The notes under the pieces: generated by a model | Database searches by the model: none | Seen by the model: the letters and a program-made list of their open reading frames with translations, nothing else | Told to the model about the DNA's origin: nothing | In this document: in pieces, positions 49,578-60,270 of the stretch | How positions within the stretch are numbered: the stretch's first letter is position 1 | Layout: each line of letters begins with the position of its first letter | Assembly: GCA_963693055.1 (NCBI GenBank) | Contig: OY843751.1 | Location: 3,904,001 to 3,968,000, forward strand | DNA from: a bacterium | GTDB taxonomy: Bacteria; Zhuqueibacterota; Zhuqueibacteria; Residuimicrobiales; Krinioviventaceae | Reading direction: 5' to 3' | Length of the DNA stretch: 64,000 nucleotides | Translations under genes and position numbers: made by a program

Positions 49578-50971
49578 GATCACGAATAGCATGGATATTT
49601 GCCGCAGTGCTGTTACTCCTTTTAACACTGCAATTGCCTCTTATGGCAGCAGGGACCTTTCAACTGCCCAAATATGATAAAGTAACCCTCAAAAACGGTT
49701 TGACCGTTTATTTATTAGAACAAAAAGAAGTGCCGCTGGTATACATCTCGATGGTCTTCCCGGCTGGTTCTGTCAAAGATGGCGAGCAATATGGATTGGC
49801 CTCACTAACCGCTGACGGACTATTATTCGGTACTGAAAATTACAGTAAAAAAGAGATTGAAGAACAATTGGATTTTATCGGTGCGTCTTTTGGTACCTCG
49901 GCCAGCAAGGAATATTCAAGACTCACCATGTCTTTTTTAAACAGCGATCAGGACAAGGTTTTTCCTCTGTTGAAAGAGATTGTGATGCATCCGGTTTTTG
50001 ATGAACAGGAATATGACAAAGCCAAATCCCGGTTACTGGTAAACCTTGAACGCGCGAAAGAGAATCCCCGCCAGGTGATGGGCAGTTATTATTACAAATT
50101 CCTGTTCGGAGATCATGTATATGGTAACCCTACAACGGGTACAGTTTCAAGCGTTACCAATCTGGGCGTAGATAACCTGAAATCATTTTACAAAGACAAT
50201 TATACACCCAAAGGCTCTGCTATTGCCATTGCCGGCGATTTTAATACCAAAGATATGAAAAAAGCGATTGAAGCCTTGTTCAAAGACTGGAACAACAAGG
50301 GCAAATCCGTTGATACAAAAAATGCAGACATTCCCAAACTCGATAAATCGCGAGTTCTGCTGGTAAACAAGGACGATGCAACCGAAACCCGGTTCATGAT
50401 CGGTCAACAGGGAATCAAACGCAGTAATCCCGATTATATCCCCATTCAGGTGGTCAATACCATCTTTGGCGGACGGTTTACATCGTGGTTGATGGATGAG
50501 CTACGCACCAAACGCGGACTTACCTATGGTGCATACAGCTATTTTCAACCGTTAAAGAACTCTGGTATTTTTGCTATCAGCAGCTTTACCCCCACAGATT
50601 CTACTGCCAAAGCGCTGGATGTGGCATTGTCAATTGTAGACAAACTCCATGACGAGGGTGTGGACGAAGAGACACTCCAGTCCGCAAAGAATTACATAAA
50701 GGGTCAATATCCCCCGGAATACGAAACATCGGGACAACTGGCCGATTTATTGACCGACATGTTTATCTATGACTTTGACGAATCATTCATCAATACATTT
50801 GAAAAAAATGTAGACAATATGACCACCGCCAAAGCCAAAGAGATTATTCAAAAATATTTCCCGCAAAAAAATTTACAGTTTGTACTTGTAGGCAAAGCAG
50901 ATGAGATCCGGGATATTGTAAAGGATTTTGGCGAAGTAACAGAAAAAGACATCAAAGCGGATGGGTTTTGA
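49574..50971 (+). CDS. M16 peptidase, non-catalytic subunit
   Basis: M16 fold motifs without HxxEH; LRTKRGLTYG; overlaps the previous stop. Confidence 0.88.
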   Translation: MRSRIAWIFAAVLLLLLTLQLPLMAAGTFQLPKYDKVTLKNGLTVYLLEQKEVPLVYISMVFPAGSVKDGEQYGLASLTADGLLFGTENYSKKEIEEQLDFIGASFGTSASKEYSRLTMSFLNSDQDKVFPLLKEIVMHPVFDEQEYDKAKSRLLVNLERAKENPRQVMGSYYYKFLFGDHVYGNPTTGTVSSVTNLGVDNLKSFYKDNYTPKGSAIAIAGDFNTKDMKKAIEALFKDWNNKGKSVDTKNADIPKLDKSRVLLVNKDDATETRFMIGQQGIKRSNPDYIPIQVVNTIFGGRFTSWLMDELRTKRGLTYGAYSYFQPLKNSGIFAISSFTPTDSTAKALDVALSIVDKLHDEGVDEETLQSAKNYIKGQYPPEYETSGQLADLLTDMFIYDFDESFINTFEKNVDNMTTAKAKEIIQKYFPQKNLQFVLVGKADEIRDIVKDFGEVTEKDIKADGF

Positions 50972-51055
50972 TTGATTTGATAAAAGTTGTCAGTTTTCAG
51001 TAATCAGTTTTCAATCGGGTTCCTGGGCACTGCCCGGGGATATCAACATTACGAT

Positions 51056-51089
51056 CGTGACAGAGATAATCTCTGTCACGTTTTTTTTG
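51056..51089 (+). terminator. Intrinsic terminator
   Basis: CGTGACAGAGA-TAA-TCTCTGTCACG followed by a T-run. Confidence 0.75.
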
Positions 51090-51181
51090 TCAATTATCCA
51101 CTTCCGTTTCCGAGACTCTGCCTTTGTACCTTTCTAGTCCGAGTTAGGATTTTCAGGCTTAAAAGATGACAAGATTCACAC

Positions 51182-51916
51182 TCAACGCCCCCTTCTTGAA
51201 GTATTCTCACGTGATCGGGATGCGGTCCTTTGCGTTTTCACCTGCTCTTGGTCATGGCTTGAATTATCTCTTATTGTTTTCCTCGTTTCCGCTTTATACG
51301 TCTGTGCCTGGTCACGTCTGGAACTATCTCTTTGGGTTTTTCTTGAATCCGTTGTATTCGCCTGCTCTTGTCCCCGCCGGGTATGAGGTCTTTGCTTTTG
51401 CGTTGTATGCGTTTTAGGTTTAGGATCTGTATTATGTGTATAATCCGGTTTGGGTTTTGGCGGTTTAGGTGGGTGTGGCGGATGTGGTGGTGGTGGCGGA
51501 GGTACAGGAACATCATGATATTTATCCATATATGCCTGTCGAAACATATACTCAAAATTACGGCCCCAAATATATTCAAACTCTGCAAACATGGCATCAT
51601 TATATCCCAAAGCGTATGGGGATAAACGTCCGTCTAATATGCCGGAATCTTTTTTTTCATCAATATCAAATTCTACCCATAAAAAATAACTGTACCCTTG
51701 TGTCAAAATACTACTCGCCGGATAAAAAAGAAACAACCTACCGCGCTCAAGGTCTTTATCCGCATCCATCATTCCCCGTTCATATTCCGCATCAAAAAAC
51801 ACCTGACGACTCGTATTATAGCGTGCAGAGTTTTGATTAGCATAATACACAGGTGCACAAGAGTAAAACAGGGGTACAATCAAGAGGGTCCACAACACTG
51901 TTAAATTCCGTTTCAT
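51182..51916 (-). CDS. Hypothetical lipoprotein with polyproline linker and basic disordered tail
   Basis: FYSC lipobox; PVPPPPPPHPPHPPKPPKP; R/Q/T/S-rich C-terminus. Confidence 0.65.
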   Translation of the reverse strand: MKRNLTVLWTLLIVPLFYSCAPVYYANQNSARYNTSRQVFFDAEYERGMMDADKDLERGRLFLFYPASSILTQGYSYFLWVEFDIDEKKDSGILDGRLSPYALGYNDAMFAEFEYIWGRNFEYMFRQAYMDKYHDVPVPPPPPPHPPHPPKPPKPKPDYTHNTDPKPKTHTTQKQRPHTRRGQEQANTTDSRKTQRDSSRRDQAQTYKAETRKTIRDNSSHDQEQVKTQRTASRSRENTSRRGR

Positions 51917-51990
51917 ACCAGCTCCATATTATTTGATGTGGCTTTCTATATATTTGACGTAACGTATTAAAGTGGTGTTTACAGCCGAAT

Positions 51991-52032
51991 AAAAAAAACC
52001 GCGGCAATACTATTTTAATATTACCGCGGTTT
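51991..52032 (-). terminator. Terminator after the chemoreceptor gene
   Basis: AACCGCGG..CCGCGGTT stem with an adjacent A-run on the plus strand. Confidence 0.6.
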
Positions 52033-52063
52033 CAATCTATGTTAAGAGGATGAGAGAAGAAAC

Positions 52064-53944
52064 TTACTTTTGAGATATTTGATATTCCTCCACCAGTGCC
52101 TTCATTTCCTGAATATCACTTGCCATTTCACTGGCAGCCGCTGCCGATTCTTCCGAATTGGCGGCATTGTCTTGCGTTACTTTATTAAGCTGCTCAACGG
52201 CATCATTAATCTGTTCAATACCGCGATTATGTTCAATAGAAGCAACCGCAATCAATTTCACCACATCATTTGCTTTTTGTATTTGTTCCGCAATCTCTTT
52301 TAAATCACTTGATACCTGTATATTCAGCTGCACTCCGTCTTCCGCATTTTTGACAGATTCCGAAACCAAATCTGCCGTATCCTTAGCCGCTTCGGCACTA
52401 CGAATGGCCAGATTACGGACTTCTTCCGCAACCACAGCAAATCCTTTACCGGCTTCTCCCGCGCGTGCCGCCTCAACAGCAGCGTTCAATGCCAAAAGAT
52501 TGGTCTGGAATGCTATTTCATCAATATTTTTCACAATTGCGGTTGTCTGGTCTGATGATGATTTTATACTCTCTATCGCATCAGAAAGCTTTTTCATGCT
52601 ATTCTGACCTTTGCGGGTGGTACTGAATGAAGATTCAGAAATGGAAATGGCTTCATTGGCATGAGACGCGTTTTCAGTTGAAGACGCTGTCAGCTCTTGC
52701 AATTTACTACCAATCTCCTGCAACGTACCGGCCTGCTCGGTTGCACCCTGGGCAACAGCCTGATTAGTAGAGTCAATTTGCCGTGATGCAGTGACAACAC
52801 TTTCTGTTTTACGAATGATATTATACAATCCTTCATCCAGATTATTAACAGCAGTATTGAGCGCGATTTTTATCTTTTCATAATCACCTTTGTAAAGACC
52901 ATTCATTTGAACAGTAAGGTCTTTATTTGAAATTCGTTCCATAACCTGAGCGGCATCGTTAATAGGTCCAATCACGGCATCCAGGGTTTTATTGAAATTT
53001 TCAACAATTTTAGCAAAATCGCCTTCATGCCTGCTTTCATCCGCACGTGTTTGCAGATCACCATTAACAGCAGAGGAAGCAAGAGTGTTGGCATCATCAA
53101 CCAATGCGGAAATTCGTTCTTTCATGCTTACCATGGCTCTGCCCAGGATATCTTGCTCAGAAAGAACATTTATATTTTGAGACAAATCTCCTCGGGCTAT
53201 TTGCTCTGCATTTGCGGCTTTGGCCAAAAGGCTTTGCTGTAGTACTTTTAAAGAGTCTTTTGCTGCGCCAATTTCGCAATCGCCATTCACACAAATATCT
53301 GCTTCTATATTACCTTTAGAAAATTTTTCAAGATAGGTAGTTATCTGTAATAAACCCCGCAAAACCTGTCGTTTCAAGAGTAATATAATAACCAGACAGG
53401 TAATAAAAATTGTAAAGAGCGAAATCAGCGTTAAAATCTTTGCCTGGCTGGTGATGGACTTTTTCACTTTATGAATTGAAGTCCTAACACTGATGGTCCC
53501 ATAGCTGTCCCCGGCATTGCCTTCATGGCAATCCAGACAGTTTTCGGCTGCAATGATTGGGACAATGAAACGGATAACAGGCTCATCCTGAAATGTTTCG
53601 GAAATAACCATATTTGTTTTTGAAGCAAGAACAGACGATTCTTCCGCATCCATTTCCTTTTCACTGTTTTCAATAACAAGGTTCGAAGGAACAACCCTGA
53701 TCTCCTGGGTGTTACCGACGTTCTGAACATCTTTAATATAGGGTTCTACATCATCAACCCCCTGTGCCATAATAAACATTAAAGATTTTGTAACAAAAGT
53801 TGCCGCGTCATGAATATTTTCTTCCGCGGTTGCCATCTCTCGTTTTTCCATAGTAGATTGCAATAATATCATCATCAGGCTCATTATAACGACAAGAACA
53901 ATGGCAACAATCAATCCGATTTTTTTGGATATCGAGTTACCCAC
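52064..53944 (-). CDS. Methyl-accepting chemotaxis protein with c-type heme sensor domain
   Basis: Two TM helices, periplasmic CLDCH, HAMP domains, IDEIAFQTNLLALNAAVEAARAGEAGKGFAVVA. Confidence 0.92.
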   Translation of the reverse strand: MGNSISKKIGLIVAIVLVVIMSLMMILLQSTMEKREMATAEENIHDAATFVTKSLMFIMAQGVDDVEPYIKDVQNVGNTQEIRVVPSNLVIENSEKEMDAEESSVLASKTNMVISETFQDEPVIRFIVPIIAAENCLDCHEGNAGDSYGTISVRTSIHKVKKSITSQAKILTLISLFTIFITCLVIILLLKRQVLRGLLQITTYLEKFSKGNIEADICVNGDCEIGAAKDSLKVLQQSLLAKAANAEQIARGDLSQNINVLSEQDILGRAMVSMKERISALVDDANTLASSAVNGDLQTRADESRHEGDFAKIVENFNKTLDAVIGPINDAAQVMERISNKDLTVQMNGLYKGDYEKIKIALNTAVNNLDEGLYNIIRKTESVVTASRQIDSTNQAVAQGATEQAGTLQEIGSKLQELTASSTENASHANEAISISESSFSTTRKGQNSMKKLSDAIESIKSSSDQTTAIVKNIDEIAFQTNLLALNAAVEAARAGEAGKGFAVVAEEVRNLAIRSAEAAKDTADLVSESVKNAEDGVQLNIQVSSDLKEIAEQIQKANDVVKLIAVASIEHNRGIEQINDAVEQLNKVTQDNAANSEESAAAASEMASDIQEMKALVEEYQISQK

Positions 53945-54419
53945 AATACTACCCTTTCACTACTTTACTACTTGTTTACTACATAATATGATTATCAAAC
54001 AAATTTAGTACCAAAACATTATAAATTGAATCAAAATTCAATAAAACATGCATTTTACGTAAAAATCTGTGACTTTTTTCACAACACGATTTTTTAATAC
54101 TTTGACAAAGCTTTGATAAAATTCTAAATAATGTAATATTGATTATTTTTAACAAATAGGACGAGATACACTCTAATTTAACAACAATAAAAACAAAATG
54201 TTGCACTTAAATACAATCATATAAAAATTAAGAACTTATAGTCTGACTCTATAATTCGTATCGAATTCCCCAAGGATAGAACAATTACAACTGAGCTAAA
54301 GACTCACCAATAAAAATGAGAGTCAAATGAAAATTTAACATTCATGTTGAATTTCCTTTAAAGTGGGAATAAATTACTCACAAACAGATATAACTGAATT
54401 TGAATTTAGAGTTAAATCA

Positions 54420-54448
54420 GCGGTAGTATTTTGATAAAATACTACCGC
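54420..54448. terminator. Perfect 13-bp hairpin downstream of the minus-strand gene
   Basis: GCGGTAGTATTTT-GAT-AAAATACTACCGC. Confidence 0.5.
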
Positions 54449-54484
54449 CATGCAATATTTCCAGTAGAATAATATTGAAAGAAA

Positions 54485-54880
54485 CTAGTCAGAAATGCGT
54501 TTGTTCAAAATCTGAATCAATATAAACCAGCAAACAAGTGCAACCAGCAATGTGATTATTCCATAAATAGTAGAAAAGAATGAAATCCTAAAGCCCATTA
54601 ATACAATTTCAGGACTCACATCCGTAGCTACGATAATGGCTGCAATAGCCTGCCACAATCCCAAAATTTGACCAATGAATCCCAACATTGCAGTCAAGCT
54701 TGCAAAAAATGGAATTGCATGCATTTCCCGATAAATTTTTTCTGGTTTTTTTTCAGCCTTAATCACATCTATTGTACCCTTAACTATTGCATACAAGGTA
54801 ATCAGTGAAAATGGAAGAACAACCCATAACCAGGGTCCCATCGCTTGAAAAAAGAAAACCAGTGACATCTCTTGTTGCAT
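54485..54880 (-). CDS. Small MotA/TolQ/ExbB-like membrane protein
   Basis: Three TM helices; LGFIGQILGLWQA..SPEIVLMG..STIYG. Confidence 0.7.
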   Translation of the reverse strand: MQQEMSLVFFFQAMGPWLWVVLPFSLITLYAIVKGTIDVIKAEKKPEKIYREMHAIPFFASLTAMLGFIGQILGLWQAIAAIIVATDVSPEIVLMGFRISFFSTIYGIITLLVALVCWFILIQILNKRISD

Positions 54881-55001
54881 AACAACCTCCTATTAATATG
54901 TTAGAATGAACAACAACAATCTAACATAACCAATTGAGGAATTTATCATTATTAGACAATCTGCTGTATTTAAGACATATACAACAACATGGAACCTAAA
55001 G

Positions 55002-55054
55002 GTCATTAATACAATATTAGGCCTCATTTATACTGAAATATCTGTTGTTTGTCG
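55002..55054. promoter_or_regulatory. Candidate LytTR direct-repeat operator
   Basis: TCATTAATAC / TCATTTATAC at 21-bp period, with a weaker third unit, in the divergent intergenic region. Confidence 0.4.
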
Positions 55055-55113
55055 ATTTTTATAGACATTCAAAATGAAAAACCATATCTTTTATTACAAC
55101 AAAGAGGATATGT

Positions 55114-56211
55114 TTGAAATATAAAATAAAAAATATAAATCTTTTTGCAATAGAAATAAGCCACAAACAAAAACAGATTGTGAGAATTTTAACACATATC
55201 TTTTATTGGACACTGGCTCTTTTCTTTTATATCTTTTATTTTGGACACTGGGAAGGCAATTATTTTTACACATTTAAATTTGTAATTTCACTGTTACCCA
55301 TTTCTATGGGTACCTGCTATTTGATTATATACTTTCTTTTCCCCAGGTATCTTTTTAATCCGCAAAAACGCTCAATCCCCAAACTATTGTACCTCCTTTT
55401 AAACACACTTGTACTATTCGCATACCTGAACTGTATGGTCATTGCTATATTTATGATCAAAAGCGCACTGGGGAAAGGACTTTTGGATAGCAAAATGGAC
55501 CTCTCAACGATAGACATGACTATTGTGATGTTGAGCATGTTGTTTTCGGTGATGCTGGCCGTTGCTATCAAATTGATCAAATACTGGTACCGGGAACAAA
55601 ACCGTTCTCAGCAACTGTTGCAGGAGAAAATTGAAACCGAGCTGCGTATGCTGAAAATGCAGTTAAATCCGCATTTTTTATTCAACACCTTGAACAGTAT
55701 TTATGCATTATCACTCTCACGGTCAGAGCAAACACCGGATGTGGTTCTTAAACTCTCGGCCATGCTCGATTATGTTTTGTACGAGTGTAAAACCAAACAG
55801 GTTGAACTGTCCAAAGAAGTATTATTTTTGCAAAACTATATCGAACTTGAAAAATACAGATTTGCAGATCGGGTAAATGTTTCATTCAAAACCGAATTGC
55901 CTGACAAACCAGTCAACATACCTCCCATGATGTTAATGCCTTTTGTGGAAAACAGTTTTAAACATGGCGCGGGTAAAAGCCGTAAACAAAGCAATATCGA
56001 GATATCACTTTCTGTTGCAAATACAACTCTTAATTTTAACATCCAAAATGATCATCCCGGCTCAGGACCGATTGAATTTAATGGTATTGGGCTCAAGAGT
56101 GCAAAAAAACAACTTGAGCTGATGTATCCACAAAATCACACGTTAACCATAACGGACCAGGATGGAAAGTTTAACGTAGATCTATCATTTCCGGTACAGG
56201 TAAGTCCATGA
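55114..56211 (+). CDS. LytS/YehU-type sensor histidine kinase
   Basis: TM helices; LKMQLNPHFLFNTLN, PFVENSFKHG, GIGL. Confidence 0.9.
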   Translation: MKYKIKNINLFAIEISHKQKQIVRILTHIFYWTLALFFYIFYFGHWEGNYFYTFKFVISLLPISMGTCYLIIYFLFPRYLFNPQKRSIPKLLYLLLNTLVLFAYLNCMVIAIFMIKSALGKGLLDSKMDLSTIDMTIVMLSMLFSVMLAVAIKLIKYWYREQNRSQQLLQEKIETELRMLKMQLNPHFLFNTLNSIYALSLSRSEQTPDVVLKLSAMLDYVLYECKTKQVELSKEVLFLQNYIELEKYRFADRVNVSFKTELPDKPVNIPPMMLMPFVENSFKHGAGKSRKQSNIEISLSVANTTLNFNIQNDHPGSGPIEFNGIGLKSAKKQLELMYPQNHTLTITDQDGKFNVDLSFPVQVSP

Positions 56212-56918
56212 AAATTAAATGTATGCTTGTTGATGATGAACCCCTGGCCATTCAGGCCTTGAGCAGTTTGCTTGATCGAATGGATAATATCGAGATTACG
56301 GCTGGGTGTAACGATGCCTTGTCCGCATTTCAGCACATAAAATCAAACCCGGTTGATCTGTTGTTCCTCGACATAGAGATGCCTGAACTGTCGGGACTCG
56401 ATTTCATCAAATCCCTGAAACACCCGCCTAAAATCATTCTGGTTACAGCTTACCGGGATTACGCGTTAGATGCCTTTGATCTGGATGTATTGGATTATCT
56501 GCTCAAACCGGTATCTTTTGAACGACTGCTGCAAGCTTTGGATAAATTTTACGAGTCTTTTCAATCCCGCGAAAACGTTATACCGTCTACAAATGAGAGC
56601 AATACAAACACTGCTCAATTTCTGCAAATCAAAGCGGATAAAAAAACGGTTCGCATTCCCCTGCAAAACATTCTCTATATTGAAAGCATGAAAGATTATC
56701 AAAAGATACACACCGTTGGTGGAAATACGGTTACGCAGATGTCTCTTAAATCCATTTTGGAGAAACTGCCGGATAATCTGTTTATGCAAATCCATCGCTC
56801 GTTTATCATCAATCTTGATAAAATCGACTCTTTCACCTCAAACAGTATAGAAATAAAAAAACAAGAGCTGCCCATAGGCAGAATGTACAGGGCCGCGCTT
56901 TTTGCGCAGTTGAACTAG
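56208..56918 (+). CDS. LytTR-family response regulator
   Basis: VDDEPLA, FLDIEMP, DYLLKP, QIHRSFIIN, LPIGR. Confidence 0.92.
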   Translation: MKIKCMLVDDEPLAIQALSSLLDRMDNIEITAGCNDALSAFQHIKSNPVDLLFLDIEMPELSGLDFIKSLKHPPKIILVTAYRDYALDAFDLDVLDYLLKPVSFERLLQALDKFYESFQSRENVIPSTNESNTNTAQFLQIKADKKTVRIPLQNILYIESMKDYQKIHTVGGNTVTQMSLKSILEKLPDNLFMQIHRSFIINLDKIDSFTSNSIEIKKQELPIGRMYRAALFAQLN

Positions 56919-57040
56919 GCATCCCCTCTCCTGTTTCTGTATTCCTTAACAAAAAATCCATTGCAAAAGAATGCAATTCTTGCTATTGTATACGGGTTGT
57001 ATTTTATCTATTATCTAAACTTTTTTAATCCGAGGAACCT

Positions 57041-59053
57041 ATGCAAAAAGTCATTGCAGTGTTGCTGTTATCGTTATTCATCCTGCTTGCCGGATGCAGT
57101 AAACCCAGTCAAAACAAACTCGAAAACTCTTATATCACAATAAATCTTAGTTATAACGAAAATGGCATACCGGTCATTCAAAAATTTTCCAGCGTAAAAT
57201 ATACGATTATCAGCAATACAGATAAATCAACCATTAATGACTGGCTTCCCGAGATTGAAAAAGATGCCAGTATCAGCAAATGGAAAGTTGAACGGGACAG
57301 CAAATTTATCAAAGCCCGGGCAACTGCAACCTCTAATAATTTGACAATTACCTGGAATGTGGAATTGCCGAAAAACGGAGGCTTGTTTCGTACATATATA
57401 GATCTAAAAAATAATGGACAATCAAAGCAATCCATTGTCAGCTATCCGGTTTGGATTGCGCAATGGAATTATAATAGTGACAAGCTGTGTAAACTTGATT
57501 ACTGGCAGCCATTGACCTATACACCCTTCAGACAATCTCTCAATACCGGTACAAAAATCAATTTAAATTCTGCGGTATACAGTTCTGACAAACACAAACC
57601 AGACGGCAAGCTTCCCTTTTGGCAGGTTGAGCATGAAAACGGGTCTGTATTTTACAGCATTGGTTGGAGCGGCGGCTGGAATGCCGATATTTCACAAAAA
57701 ACAGATGGCACAAATATGCACGTATTTCTGCCACCTGCCGAGACCCAGTTGGTCCTTGAACCGGGCGAGTCGGTTACCGGACCCATGCTCTACATCATGC
57801 CCAGTCCTGAAACACTGAAAGCTGATGCACGAAAAGATTGGTTAACACAGCGCAATGACTTTAGCAACCTACTGTACGAAAAACCCGACAACTGGTATCC
57901 TTTTTTGTACAATCACTGGTACTCGGTACGCTTTGATCTCAGCAGCACATTCATCAAAAACCAGATCGATACCATGCTGCCGTACAACTTTGATCTGTTT
58001 GTGGTAGATGCGGGATGGTACGCGAGTCCAGGCGATTGGGTGCCGGACCCTGAAAAATTCAAACCGGGTGAGTTTGAAAAAGCCCTGAAATATGTGAAAG
58101 ACAATGGCATTCTTGCCGGCATCTGGAGTTGTCCCTGGTTGCTGCGGGTTGATGGAGAAACGCTCCCTCCTGAAATTGACAATCCCCCCTTTTATCGCGA
58201 TTTTATGGATGCATACGGAATGGACCTCGCTGGCACTGATTTTACAAAGTATCTGCACAACCATATTGAACATTTGACAGACCAATTTTACATGGACTGG
58301 TGGAAGTATGACCAGGAACTGTTTGGGGACAATTCGCGACACGGTAAAATGAAAAACATTATTGCCCTGCAGGATGCGCTTGAGGCAGTACGAATAGATT
58401 TCCCTAAACTCAATATTGAGAATTGTATGAGCGGCGGCAGAATGATTAATGAATTTACAGACCAGATTGCCCAGAGCCACTGGATACGCGACGGCAGCCG
58501 GAATGGTATGCAGCATGCGCAATCGAACATCAGTGAAGCGCTGGGGGCCATCCAATTGCTGGATCCTGCCAAAGTGCAGCGCTGGACCAATCGCATTAAC
58601 GAACTGGATGAAAACGATACCGAATTGATCAAGCTCTATTGCCGGAGCTGCATGATTGGGGTGTGGGGAATATCCACGGACATGGCTAAAGTGACTGAGA
58701 AACAAAAACAGATCATTCTTGAACAGATCAAGATCTATCGCAAGCTGAATGCACTCAAATCCGCACTCGATTATGACATTTGGTACCCCAATGAAAACTC
58801 TGATTTTGCGGGCGCCATCTATTATGATCAACTGCATGAAAATGCTGCGGTCTTGTTGTATAATCGCAAACCGGGTAACGAGATCAACGCGGAACTCAAA
58901 GTCCGGCTCAATTCGGATACATCCTATATACTGTACAATGCGGACACGGAAACAAACACAGAGATATCCGGCAAATCATTGATAAATGGCGAATATGTTT
59001 TTCATTTGAATAAAGGTGAGCTTTCCGGGGTATATTTTATTACCGGGAAATAA
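57041..59053 (+). CDS. GH36/GH27-clan alpha-galactosidase-like lipoprotein
   Basis: LAGC lipobox; YNHW, FVVDAGW, GIW, WKYD, ENCMSGG. Confidence 0.8.
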   Translation: MQKVIAVLLLSLFILLAGCSKPSQNKLENSYITINLSYNENGIPVIQKFSSVKYTIISNTDKSTINDWLPEIEKDASISKWKVERDSKFIKARATATSNNLTITWNVELPKNGGLFRTYIDLKNNGQSKQSIVSYPVWIAQWNYNSDKLCKLDYWQPLTYTPFRQSLNTGTKINLNSAVYSSDKHKPDGKLPFWQVEHENGSVFYSIGWSGGWNADISQKTDGTNMHVFLPPAETQLVLEPGESVTGPMLYIMPSPETLKADARKDWLTQRNDFSNLLYEKPDNWYPFLYNHWYSVRFDLSSTFIKNQIDTMLPYNFDLFVVDAGWYASPGDWVPDPEKFKPGEFEKALKYVKDNGILAGIWSCPWLLRVDGETLPPEIDNPPFYRDFMDAYGMDLAGTDFTKYLHNHIEHLTDQFYMDWWKYDQELFGDNSRHGKMKNIIALQDALEAVRIDFPKLNIENCMSGGRMINEFTDQIAQSHWIRDGSRNGMQHAQSNISEALGAIQLLDPAKVQRWTNRINELDENDTELIKLYCRSCMIGVWGISTDMAKVTEKQKQIILEQIKIYRKLNALKSALDYDIWYPNENSDFAGAIYYDQLHENAAVLLYNRKPGNEINAELKVRLNSDTSYILYNADTETNTEISGKSLINGEYVFHLNKGELSGVYFITGK

Positions 59054-59172
59054 AAAAGAGGAAAAAGGGGAAAAGCATGTCAATCACCTCCAGTCACAGA
59101 AAACCGCGTTACAAAAAAGAAATTAAAAACAGGTTCCCGGACCTGGTACAACAATAAAAAAAAGGTGAAAAA

Positions 59173-60270
59173 ATGCAAGTAAACAAGCGCAATTCATTTC
59201 TGATCATTACAATCATCATCTCTGTTCTGGCTACATGCCCGCTCTGGGGACAACCAAAGAGAGATTTTACAAAATATGACCTGCTGACCCTGGCCCATCC
59301 TGCAGTCATGGTAAACGGGCTTCCGGGTTGGGACGCGGACAAAAAAATGTATCGTCTGCCGTTAAAGATGGAAGGTAACATCCGGGACAAACTGTGGAAT
59401 CTGGGTACTCAACCTTCGGGTGGGCGTGTACGCTTTCACAGTACCACTACAGTGCTGGGCATTGTTGCGCATGGCAACGGTCCTGCCACCCCCCATCACA
59501 TGACCAGCATTATGAAAAACGGCATAGATGTATATGTGAATGACCAGTATGCCGGCAGCGCCTGGCCGGATAAAACAGGCAAGGTCACAAGGCTTATTTA
59601 TCTCCATCCTGATGAGCCGGAGAATGATATAACCATTTATCTCCCCCTCTACGGTACTATTGAAATTGACAGCATCTTTGTGGACAAGGGAGCTGAAATC
59701 TCTGCCCCAACCGATCTCAAGGATATGCCGCCCATCATCTATTACGGCTCCAGCATAACCCAGGGTGGATGCGCGTCTAATCCCGGCGCCAGCTATCAGG
59801 CGTTTATTGGTCGTGAAAACCATATCGATTTTATCAATTTGGGCTTTAGTGGAAACGGCATTGGCGATATCGAGATTGCGCAATTCATCAGCGAGCTTGA
59901 TGCCTCAATGATCGTTCTGGACCACTGGGCGAATCCCAAACTGGATGTCTACAAAAAGACCATGGCGCCCTTTGTTGAGGCCATTCGATCAACACACAAG
60001 GAAACGCCAATACTATTGATCAGTCCTTTTTTCAGCACACACGATGATTCGATACACGCAGGCAAACGTGAATTCGCCATGGAATTTGTAGAATCTGCCC
60101 GGACTGCCGGAGATAAAAACATTTACTTTTTTGAGGGCACCAACATGTTTTCAAAAGAACATGCCTACGGTGCAGTGGATGGCGAGCATCTCAATTCTCT
60201 GGGATTCTGGTTTTGCGCACAGGGTCTGGCGCCGGAGATTGACAGGATATTGGCGATAAAACCGGAATAA
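59173..60270 (+). CDS. SGNH/GDSL hydrolase with N-terminal GxDxY domain
   Basis: GIDVY, YGSSITQGG, NLGFSGNG, DGEH. Confidence 0.88.
   Translation: MQVNKRNSFLIITIIISVLATCPLWGQPKRDFTKYDLLTLAHPAVMVNGLPGWDADKKMYRLPLKMEGNIRDKLWNLGTQPSGGRVRFHSTTTVLGIVAHGNGPATPHHMTSIMKNGIDVYVNDQYAGSAWPDKTGKVTRLIYLHPDEPENDITIYLPLYGTIEIDSIFVDKGAEISAPTDLKDMPPIIYYGSSITQGGCASNPGASYQAFIGRENHIDFINLGFSGNGIGDIEIAQFISELDASMIVLDHWANPKLDVYKKTMAPFVEAIRSTHKETPILLISPFFSTHDDSIHAGKREFAMEFVESARTAGDKNIYFFEGTNMFSKEHAYGAVDGEHLNSLGFWFCAQGLAPEIDRILAIKPE

Noticed and set aside
53945-54484. Riboswitch (e.g. c-di-GMP) upstream of the chemoreceptor
   Set aside because: AT-rich with no recognisable aptamer consensus by eye; the 75-aa ORF here also looks spurious.
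57869-58837. 322-aa minus-strand ORF
   Set aside because: Antisense shadow of the GH36-like gene; no recognisable motifs. The same applies to the many shorter shadow ORFs in pheT, GH38 and others.
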